Assembly: GCF_011386835.1 (NCBI RefSeq)
Contig: NC_088792.1
Span: 287,060,001-287,124,000, forward strand
Reading direction: 5' to 3'
DNA length: 64,000 nt
Origin: Chrysemys picta bellii
Taxonomy: Eukaryota
The position numbers were made by a program, and so were the translations under genes. The notes beneath the pieces are model-generated. The model was not told where the DNA came from. It was given only the letters and a program-made list of their open reading frames with translations, and ran no database searches. This document shows positions 12,249 to 21,587 of the stretch, one piece after another (the stretch's first letter is position 1; each line of letters opens with the position of its first letter).

Positions 12249-12908
12249 ATGCTCCCGCTCCGAGTGTGGCTTGGCAGCAGCGCCCCAGTGTCCAGGCTCC
12301 TGGGGCCGGGGCCCCACAGCCTCTTGGCCCAGCTGGTGGGGGACGTGCAGACGCACCTGGAGGAGATGGAGCGACTGAGACACTCCCTCCTTCTGGCTTC
12401 TCCCCTTCTCTGCGTGGAGGGCGAGGGGAGGAGGCCGAGGCCGAGCAGCCGGTCCCTGGCGGAGGGGGCTGGGAAGGAGCCCGGCTCCCAGGCACAGGGG
12501 AAGGACAAGTTCCAGCTCTCCATGGACGTGAGCGGCTTCTCCCCAGCTGAGCTGATGGTGAGAGTGGACGGGAGGAAGCTGACGGTGATGGGGAAGCAGG
12601 AGAAGAAAACGGCGTCGGAGGCTGGAGCCTGCTCCCACGAATACAGGGAGATCCGCAGAGAAACTCTCCTGCCGGAAGACGTGAACGTGGAGGCCGTGCT
12701 CTGCTCCTTGTCCCAGGATGGGCAGCTCTGCATTGAGGTGCCACATCTGGCCCTGCCAGCTGCAGAAGGGAGAGCCGTTCCCATCACCGTCTGCCAGGGC
12801 GTGAAGGCAGGAGAAGGAAACCTGGCCATGGAGGGAAAGGAGCCGGGGAGCAGCGAGAAGATGGAGACAGGAGGAGAGAGCGAGGGGACCAGCCCCAGAG
12901 ATTCCTGA
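12249..12908 (+). CDS. hsp30: HSP30-type small heat-shock protein, copy B (219 aa, intronless)
   Basis: ATG 12249 to TGA 12908 is open, with a complete alpha-crystallin domain. AATAAA at 13131-13136. Confidence 0.92.
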   Translation: MLPLRVWLGSSAPVSRLLGPGPHSLLAQLVGDVQTHLEEMERLRHSLLLASPLLCVEGEGRRPRPSSRSLAEGAGKEPGSQAQGKDKFQLSMDVSGFSPAELMVRVDGRKLTVMGKQEKKTASEAGACSHEYREIRRETLLPEDVNVEAVLCSLSQDGQLCIEVPHLALPAAEGRAVPITVCQGVKAGEGNLAMEGKEPGSSEKMETGGESEGTSPRDS

Positions 12909-13641
12909 AACCAGCCACCAACTCCAGTAACACTAGGACTCTGTTCCATCGATTCCACTCAGCCCACCTAGCGAAGCCACTGGTCTGGGTGCGAATGTTC
13001 AGGAGCCCATTCCTGGGCTGCCAGGAGCTGTTCTGTGCTCTAAGTGTCTCCCTGGAGGAGCATGGACTGTGCGATGCTTTGTATTAGGGTTTGGGGTTTT
13101 GTACAATTTTATCCCTCTCCTGAATTACAAAATAAAAATCTTTATTTTAAGTACAAACTTGTGTCGTGGTGAGCTCTAGTTCCTTTAATTCTATATTTGA
13201 TGTTTAACCTGTAGAGAGAGACCCCACCCCTCGTTTCTGCCAGGGCTGTTCCCCTCCCTGTTTATAGCGATCGCTTTCATGTGAAGGGGTGGACCAGGAC
13301 CCTGCTGAGAGTTCAGAGCTGTGGGTTGTAGGGTCCAGTCTGAAGTATTAGAAAATCAGTTGTGACAAAAGCCAGTCACTGTTCTGAAGGAGGGTGTCAG
13401 GAACTGAAGGGGGCTGGGAACCCAACACCTGGGCCACGATCCTGAAAGGTACTTGAAGGAATTTCTCTGCCCCTTTAGACTCTAAGATCCCTCTTACACA
13501 TCTTTAGCATTTTCAAACCTCTTAGTTGTCACCTTAGATCATAGACCCCTCTGGGATGTCAAATTAAATAGAGCTTCTTAGTGGAAATAAACAGTGTGTT
13601 GACTGCCTGTCGCTGTCTTTAAGTCACTATTTTATGTCTAA

Positions 13642-13926
13642 AGGTACATCTACACTACAGGGGGGAGTCGATTTAAGATACGCAAATTCAGCTACGTGAA
13701 TAGCGTAGCTGAATTCGACGTATCCCGGCCGACTTACCCCGCTGTGAGGACGGCGGCAAAATCTACTTTTGCGGCTTCCTGTCGATGGCGCTTTCTCCCA
13801 CCTCCGCTGGTGGAGTAAGAGCGTCGATTCGGGGATCGATTGTCGCGTCCCAACGGGACGCGATTAATCGATCCCCGAGAGGTCGATTTCTACCCGCCGA
13901 TTCAGGCGGGTAGTGTAGACCTAGCC
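13642..13926. mobile_element. Non-autonomous Harbinger MITE (285 bp)
   Basis: TAA duplicated at 13639-13641 and 13927-13929; termini share the TCTACACTA core. The paralogous flanks of copies A and D have a single TAA at this site. Confidence 0.9.
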
Positions 13927-14659
13927 TAACTCTGGAAATAGACCAAGTCAGTTCTCAGTCTCCTTCATAGAAACACTGTTTTGAAGAGAAAAGGGTATCT
14001 GAGCTGATTTCAAGGCAGTAACAGACTTTTTAGGGTCACCACTTTGTTGCAGGTTTAGTATATTAAAATAAGTAAAAGAATACAATGATTGTTTTCTCTT
14101 GCATTGCAATTTGATGTTCCTGTTCAAATGCTCTGTGTAAATCAGTTCTGTGTTGTGTGTGAATGAGGAATGTGTGTGTTAAGATCTAAGTGTGAAGGCC
14201 ATCACCGTACCAGATGTTTTAGGGATGAACCGAAGACAGACGCAAGACATGGCGGTTGCAACACGCCCCTATTGAAGTGTCAGAGGAGGGCAGACCTATC
14301 GATGAGGCCAAGATAGCTGTGATCAAAACCAGAATGGGATAACTCCCTGAGAGACTTGATGAAAGAAGAAGATAAAGGATGAGAAAAACAATTTAAGAAA
14401 ACAAGCACTCTTCAAACGACAATTGATTACAGCATGAGAGTGCAAAACTCATTGGTCCCAAGGAAGGAAAATTACTATATATGTAGATAAATCTCTGTAT
14501 TAAGCATCTTCACATAACTTTCATATGACTTTATATTATGCCTCTCCATATAACCTTGTATTAAGCTATTTTTATACAATTCTATCTCAAGTCCTTTGAT
14601 ATAGGAATTTTGTATCGGATCCCTAGGTAGAAAAACTTATAGAAAACTTTGTGTTAGGC

Positions 14660-15716
14660 CCAGGGTCGGCAACCTTTCAGAAGAGGTGCACCTAGTCTTC
14701 ATTTATTCACTCTAATTTAAGGTTTTGCATGCCGGTAATACATGTTAACGTTTTTAGAAGGTCTCTTTCTATAATATGTAACTAAACTATTGTATGTAAA
14801 GTAAACAAGGTTTTCAAAATGTTTAAGAAGCGTCATTTAAAATGAAATTAAAATGCTGATCTTATGCCAGCAGCCTGCTCAGCTCGCTGCCAGCCTGAGG
14901 TTCTGTTCATCTAGGCCGGCAGCAGGCTGAGCAGGGCCTATGCCCGGGACCCCAGACCTGGGGGGAGGGGTTCAGGGCAGAGGGCTGGGGTGTGTGGGGG
15001 GGATCAGGGTACAGGGCTGGGGTGTGTAGGGCAGAGGGCTGGGTGTGTGTTGGGGTGTGGGGGTTCAGGGCATAGGGCTGGGAGTGTGGGAGGGGTGCAG
15101 GGCAGAAGGCTGGGGTGTGTGGGGGTATTCAGGGATCAGGGTAGAGGGCTGGGGTGTGTAGGGCAGAGGGCTGGGTGCGGGGGGGGGTGTTCAAGGGTCA
15201 GGTCAGAGGGCTGTGGCGGATGCAGGGCAGAAGGCTGGGTGTGGGGGGGGGTCAGGGCAGAGGGATGGGGCTGTGGGGGTGCAGGGCAGAAGGCTGGAGT
15301 GTGCGGGGGGTTCAAACGTCAGAGGGCTGGGGTGCTCGGCAGGGGGCTGGAAGGGATATGTCCTGTTCCACCCCCTTCCCCCAGGCTCTGTCCCTACCTC
15401 TCTCTGCGTCCTCTACGGAGCTGTGTGCACGCTGCCGCTCTTCCCCCTCCCCCTTCTAGGGCCATCAACTGATTGGTGCAGGGACGGAGAGGGGGAGGAG
15501 AAGGAAAGCACCACGCTGGGGGAAGAAGCAGGGGAGGGGGGAAGCTTGGCTGCTGCAGAACCAAGCTTCTGCCTCCTGCCCCTGCAGCGGAGAGTGGTGA
15601 GCAGGGTGGGGGGCTGAGTGGGGCTGGGGGCCGGGACCGCGGCAGGGAGCTGCGTGCCACTCAGAATCGGCTCCCGTGCTGTGTTTGGCACGCGTGCCGT
15701 AGGTTGCCGACCCCTG
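14660..15716. mobile_element. Non-autonomous hAT element with an internal G-rich simple repeat
   Basis: Termini (c)cagggtcggcaacc / ggttgccgacccctg and an 8-bp duplication TGTTAGGC (14652-14659, 15717-15724). Same family as 62200..62510. Confidence 0.85.
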
Positions 15717-17926
15717 TGTTAGGCCTTGGTATAATGTTATAGCCCCTAAGGATAGTTAAAGTAGAAGAAAAATGTCTTTTTGCTCAGAGTAGAATAAGAT
15801 CTCTCTCCCCTGCCCCCCCGCCACTCCCTTAATCAATTGCCCTGTTGAATAAGTGAGGTGTGAATGAGCAAGGCGTGGAAGGCAAGCACCACCAGACAGC
15901 TGCAACAGTTGGAGAGGGGATGGAAGCCAGACCCAAAAACAATAAAACTTGTCAAGTGGGCTCACTGAAGAAGAGCAGATATACTGAGGGCCTTGTGGGT
16001 TAGAAGCAAGCACCTTCTTTTGCAAACACCCTCTTTGAACAGCACTGGGACAACACCCAGAAAAAAAGCAGTACAAAGGACCAACAGACACAGATACAGA
16101 TCTTGAATCTGGTATAGATTTGCATGAGAGGGAAGCTGCTATAAATGTGAGGTGTCTTGCAGAGGCCCCCGGGTCTCGTCTTGTCAACATGAGAGCATCG
16201 ATCCGGATCGGCAGAAGCCCAGCTCTATCCTTCCCCATCTAACTCACCTGGCCAGTGAAGTTAAGGTAACAACAAGACGGAGCATGCTTGTGTGTGAGTG
16301 TAATACAACATATGCATATGATACAGTGTGGATTTGGTACATGTATTACCAATAAATGTGGTGCTTTGCCTTATTCCCCTGAAAAGATCCTGTGCAGTAC
16401 TTTGAGTACAGTTGAAACTGTCAACCAGATAGGCAGGGACAGAACAGGGGTTTAGGTATCTGAGCAGCTGACTTGGTACCCCTGGCTGGCTGATGGGCCA
16501 GAGATCAGTGTCTCACTCCACTCCGGAGCCACAGCCTCAAACCCTCTCCCGGAGTCAGACACCTATGCCAAGTTAGCCGCCTAGGTCCTACTAGCCAAAC
16601 CCACCTCTCTCTCTGTGTTGCACGATTCCTGGCTCACCCTATTTTCCCCATGGCCCCAGCTGTCCTTTGTGGGATGCTCTGCTGTTCCTCTGCCTAGTGG
16701 GGACCAGTCTCTGGCTCGTCTCCCGTGAGGGCTGGCAGGTACGAGGTGTTCGGCATGGTGGAGCGGCCCTACAGGATTGAACTGACTAGTTTGAGAATTC
16801 TGCTTCCGCGGCCTCTGGAGTTTCAGCCTTCGAGCAGCTCTGTAGCTGGGGAGGGCTTCAGCACCGAGCCAGCTTTGCAAATGCTGCTTGGAGGAAAGAT
16901 TGGCCCCTATAGGCACCATCACCCTGCGGGACGACGGCACCTGTATCCCCCTGCGTGGTCCAGCAAGGGCTTTTGGCACCCAGCCATCACGTCTCCTTGG
17001 CAGAGACCCCCCCATCTCTCTCCCTCCTGACGGGGGAACTTTCCAGGCTGCACAGTTCCCTCCCGCAGCCCACCCTGACCCAAACGACCTGCATCTGCGC
17101 TTTGCTTCCTCTTCAGAGACGGAACGCTCAGTGATTATTAGTTACTATCCAGCTCTTTCCGCGCAAGCACAGTCATTGTTACGGGGAAAGCATTACAGAG
17201 AAAGCACATTACCAGCAATACAAGAACCCACACATGAGGCAGGGTGACTATGCTACAAAGCTTGAAGTCAGCCCAGCTCCAGCCAAGGGCTCTGCCAAGT
17301 GTCAATCCTTCTAGCCCTTCCTTAAGGCTTGCCCTCCCCACTCTGAGAACTATAGTACAGACAGTCCCTGGGCCACAGAGATATGTAAACTTCGTACAAT
17401 CAAAGCTCCTAAGGGTACTGCAGGGTATTACCATATATGTCAGAACCGTCTACAGGGTTACGTGCCTCTGGGCCTGGTATTTGATTCCTAGTCCCCTCTC
17501 TAATCAGGCACTCCCCCCACTTCCCCTCAATACGTCAACCCGGCCCTTTATCACAGCTGCTCTGCTCTTATCTTAGATCTGCACCCAACAATCAACAGCT
17601 CTGAACCCTCAAAACCATCATGTTCCCTCACTTGCAGAGAGATGAGAACTGACCTGGGACAAAGGCAGTTTATTTCCAAAGGTGAAACATGAAATAGCAA
17701 ATCAAGCAGACAGAGCTCACCAGACAGCACAGTTTGTCTTTACTAGAAAGGTTGATATTGAATTTTAAAATTCAAGACAAGTATAAACATTCTATCAAAA
17801 TGCATAAAAAGAGCCAAGAAAGGGAGCATCCCCCAGTCACTTCTCTTCCAGAGAGATTCTGACAGCCCAGGAATATGCTCAGGACCGTTCACACCAAGAT
17901 TTGGTTACTGGAGTCGGTGGCTGGTT

Positions 17927-18576
17927 TCAGGAATCTCTGGGGCTGGTCCCCTCGCTCTCTCCTCCTGTCTCCATCTCGCTGCTCCCCGGCTCCTTTCCCT
18001 CCGTGGCCAGGTTTCCTTCTCCTGCCTTCACCCCCTGGCAGACGGTGATGGGAACGGCTCTCCCTTCTGCAGCTGGCAGGGCCAGATGTGGCGCCTCGAT
18101 GCAGAGCTGCCCATCCTGGGACAGGGAGCAGAGCACGGCCTCCACGTTCACGTCTTCCGGCAGGAGAGTTTCTCTGCGGATCTCCCTGTATTCGTGGGAG
18201 CAGACTCCAGCCTCCGAGGCCGTTTTCTTCTCCTGCTTCCCCGTCACCGTCAGCTTCCTCCCGTCCACTCTCACCATCAGCTCAGCTGGGGAGAAGCCGC
18301 TCACGTCCATGGAGAGCTGGAACTTGTCCTTCCCCTGCGCCTGGGAGCCGGGCTCCTTCCCAGCCCCCTCCGCCAGGGACCGGCTGCTCGCCTCGGCCTC
18401 CTCCCCTCACCCTCCCCGCAGAGAAGGGGAGAAGCCAGAAGGAGGAAGTGCCTCAGTCGCTCCATCTCCTCCAGGTGCGTCTGCACGTCCCCCACCAGCT
18501 GGGCCAAGAGGCTGTGGGGCCCCAGGAGCCTGGGCACTGGGGCGCTGCTGCCAAGCCACACTCGGAGCGGGAGCAT
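17927..18576 (-). pseudogene. hsp30: HSP30-type gene, copy C, frameshifted and lacking the proximal HSE
   Basis: ATG 18576 to TGA 17927 is 650 bp, not a multiple of 3. A 1-bp deletion near 18390 (gaggcgagc vs gaggccgagc in A and B) splits it into ORFs 18301..18675 and 17927..18310. Confidence 0.8.
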
Positions 18577-18869
18577 CCTGCCCCCCGGGGCCTGGAGCCG
18601 CTGGGCCGAGTTCAGCTGCTGAGACGCTGCTGCTGGAGCCGCCTCTGCCTGACTCCCTGCCCGGCTGCTGCTCACTGGCTCCGGCAGCCCCCGCGCCGCC
18701 TTTTAAAGGGCTCTGCTCGGGAGGGGCGGGGCTGGGGGCGGGGCCTGGCTCTGCTCGGGAGGGGCGGGGTCTTGCTTGCTCGGCTGCGGGGGCCCAGCAA
18801 GTTCCAGCAGCTGCTAGCGGGCGGAGCTCCCGGGCGGGCTTTGCTGGATCCTTCCCGATCCCGCTGTGT

Positions 18870-20000
18870 CGGGTCTCACGCCGGGGGCACGGGCTGGAGC
18901 CGGGGGGTGTCAGAGCCGGGGGCACGGGCTGGAGCGGGGCGGGGTCAGAGCCGGGGGCACGGGCTGGAGCCGGGGGGGGGGTTCACGCCGGGGGCACGGG
19001 CTGCAGCCGGGGGGGGGGTCAGAGCCGGGGTCACGGGCTGGAGCGGGGCGGGGTCAGAGCCGGGGGCACGGGCTGGAGACGGGGGTGGGTTCAGGGCCGT
19101 GGGCACGGGCTGGAGCCGGGGGGGGGTCAGGCCTGGGGCACGGGCTGGAGCCGGGGGGTGTCAGAGCCGGGGGTACGGGCTGGAGCGCGGGGGCGGGGGG
19201 GGTTCAGGGCCGGGGGTACGGGCTGGAGCGCGGGGGGGGTTCAGGGCCGGGGGCACGGGCTGGAGCCGGGGGGGGGGTCAGAGCCGGGGGCACGGGCTGG
19301 AGCCTTCACGCCGGGGGCACGGGCTGCAGCCGGGGGGGGGGTCAGAGCCGGGGTCACCGGGCCTGGAGCGCGGGGGGGGGGGTCAGAGCCGGGGGGCACG
19401 GGCTGGAGACGGGGGGGTCAGAGCCGGGGGGCACGGGCTGGAGCGGGGGGGGGGGTTCACGCCGGGGGCACGGGCTGCAGCCGGGGGGGGGGTCAGAGCC
19501 GGGGTCACGGGCTGGAGCGCGGGGGGGGGTTCAGGGCCGGGGGCACGGGCTGGAGCCGTGGGGGGGGTCAGGCCTGGGGAACGGGCTGGAGCCGGGGGGG
19601 GGGTTCACGCCGGGGGTACGGGCCAGAGCCGGGGGGGGGTTCAGGGCCGGGGTACGGGCTGGAGACGGGGGGGGGGTTCAGGCCTGGGAACGGGCTGGAG
19701 CCGGGGGGGGGGTTCACGCCGGGGGTACGGGCCAGAGCCGGGGGGGGCGGGTTTCAGGGCCGGGGGTACGGGCTGGAGACGGGGTGGGTTCAGGGCCGTG
19801 GGCACGGGCTGGAGCCGGGGGGGGGTCAGGCCTGGGGAACGGGCTGGAGCCGGGCGGGGGTCAGGCCTGGGGAACGGCTGGAGCCGGGGGGGGGGGGTTC
19901 AGGCCGGGGGTACGGGCTGAAGCCGGGGGGGGGGGTCAGGCCGGGGGTACGGGCTGGAGCCGGGGGGGGGTTCAGGCCGGGGGTACGGGCTGGAGCCGGG
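18870..20000. repeat. G-rich minisatellite, roughly 30 units of 33-38 bp
   Basis: Repeated gccgggggcacgggctggagccggggggggtcaga variants; reverse complement of the short array at 11680-11870. Confidence 0.9.
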
Positions 20001-20772
20001 GAGACAGTCCCCGGGCGGGGTCTGGGCGGGGGGGGCGGGTTGGACAGTCCATTGTGCGGAGCAGACACGGGAGACGGGCGAAACACCCCCCACAGCGCAC
20101 GTGTAATAAACAGTAACAGACACTCGTGTCCGGTCCGGGGGGGTCACACCCTGCAGCTGTCTCTCTGCCCTCCCCCCCCCCCCCCCACTTCCCAGCGGCT
20201 CCTCCTAGGCTCTGTCCATTCACTAACACGAGGCAGGAGCTTCAGGGCACTTGAGAAACCCTCCAAGTTGGGCAGCCCCCACAAACGGCAGATCCCGACC
20301 CCTGCTGGGGCAGGGGCTGGAAGGGGGGGGCACTTTATCCAAATGTGACTGGTTCCTCAAGGGCGGGGCTCTAACGGGGGGGGGGGGGAGATATCCCGTT
20401 CGCGGGGGGGGGGGAGGTTTCTGCCCGGCGCTGGTCCGGGAGCGGGTGTCTGTGCTACCGGGCTCGGAACCCCCCGGGCCGAGCCGGGCTCCAGCCTGTG
20501 CCCGCCGCTGAAACCCGCCCCTCCCCCAACACAGCGGGATCGCGAAGGATCCAGCAAAGCCCGGCCCGGGAGCTCCGCCCCCTAGCGGCTGCTGGAAGCT
20601 GCTGGCCCCCCCCCAGCCCCGCCCCTCCCGAGCAGCGCCAGGCTCCGCCCTCAGCCCCGCCCCGGCCGAGCAGAGCCAGCCCCCCCTCGGCCCCGCCCCT
20701 CCCGAGCAGCGCCAGCCCCCGCCCCCAGCCCCGCCCCTCCCGAGCAGAGCCAGGCCCCGCCCCCCAGCAGCG

Positions 20773-20817
20773 GGAAGGTTCCCGAAGCGCCCGGCGCGGC
20801 CCGAGCAGGCTATAAAA
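20773..20817 (+). promoter_or_regulatory. Perfect heat-shock element (20773-20787) and TATA box (20811-20817), copy D
   Basis: gGAAg gTTCc cGAAg followed by TATAAAA at the same spacing as in copy B. Confidence 0.9.
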
Positions 20818-20942
20818 GGCGGCGCGGGGGCTGCCGGAGCCAGTGAGCAGCAGCCGGGCAGGGAGTCAGGCAGAGGCAGCTCCAGCAGCAGCGTCTCAGC
20901 AGCTGAACTCGGCCCAGCGGCTCCAGGCCCCGGGGGGGCAGG

Positions 20943-21587
20943 ATGCTCCCGCTCCGAGTGTGGCTTGGCAGCAGCGCCCCAGTGCCCAGGCTCCTGGGGC
21001 CCCACAGCCTCTTGGCCCAGCTGGTGGGGGACGTGCAGACGCACCTGGAGGAGATGGAGCGACTGAGACACTCCCTCCTTCTGGCTTCTCCCCTTCTCTG
21101 CGGGGAGGGCGAGGGGAGGAGGCCGAGCAGCCGGTCCCTGGCGGAGGGGGCTGGGAAGGAGCCCGGCTCCCAGGCGCAGGGGAAGGACAAGTTCCAGCTC
21201 TCCATGGACGTGAGCGGCTTCTCCCCAGCTGAGCTGAGGGTGAGAGTGGACGGGAGGAAGCTGACGGTGACGGGGAAGCAGGAGAAGAAAACGGCGTCGG
21301 AGGCTGGAGTCTGCTCCCACGAATACAGAGAGATCCGCAGAGAAACTCTCCTGCCGGAAGACGTGAACGGGGAGGCCGTGCTCTGCTCCCTGTCCCAGGA
21401 TGGGCAGCTCTGCATCGAGGCGCCACATCTGGCCCTGCCAGCTGCAGAAGGGAGAGCCGTTCCCATCAGCGTCTGCCAGGGCGTGAAGGCAGGAGAAGGA
21501 AACCTGGCCAGGGAGGGAAAGGAGCCGGGGAGCAGCGAGATGGAGACAGGAGGAGAGAGCGAGGGGACCAGCCCCAGAGATTCCTGA
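20943..21587 (+). CDS. hsp30: HSP30-type small heat-shock protein, copy D (214 aa, intronless)
   Basis: Open ORF with a complete alpha-crystallin domain. AATAAA at 21775-21780. Confidence 0.92.
   Translation: MLPLRVWLGSSAPVPRLLGPHSLLAQLVGDVQTHLEEMERLRHSLLLASPLLCGEGEGRRPSSRSLAEGAGKEPGSQAQGKDKFQLSMDVSGFSPAELRVRVDGRKLTVTGKQEKKTASEAGVCSHEYREIRRETLLPEDVNGEAVLCSLSQDGQLCIEAPHLALPAAEGRAVPISVCQGVKAGEGNLAREGKEPGSSEMETGGESEGTSPRDS

Larger units (their letters stand above)
1..12931. repeat. Left arm of a large inverted segmental duplication (continues beyond window start)
   Basis: Base 1 (cccgatacca) is the reverse complement of 40191-40200. Mirror ORF pairs recur throughout (e.g. 1255..1590 vs 33745..34080, 5145..5774 vs 25883..26512, 7781..8167 vs 23494..23880). 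Close similarity stops at ...ctccagtaac 12931, matching 17904. Confidence 0.95.

Noticed and set aside
9917-12958. Overlapping 250-500 aa ORFs in other frames around HSP30 copies A and B (likewise 20223..21662)
   Set aside because: Shadow ORFs of very GC-rich DNA. Only the alpha-crystallin frame has a matching HSE/TATA promoter and poly(A) signal.
17901-20348. Very long ORFs of 815, 610 and 416 aa
   Set aside because: They run through the G-rich minisatellite and antisense HSP30 sequence, which lack stop codons; the products are low-complexity Gly/Arg/Ala repeats.
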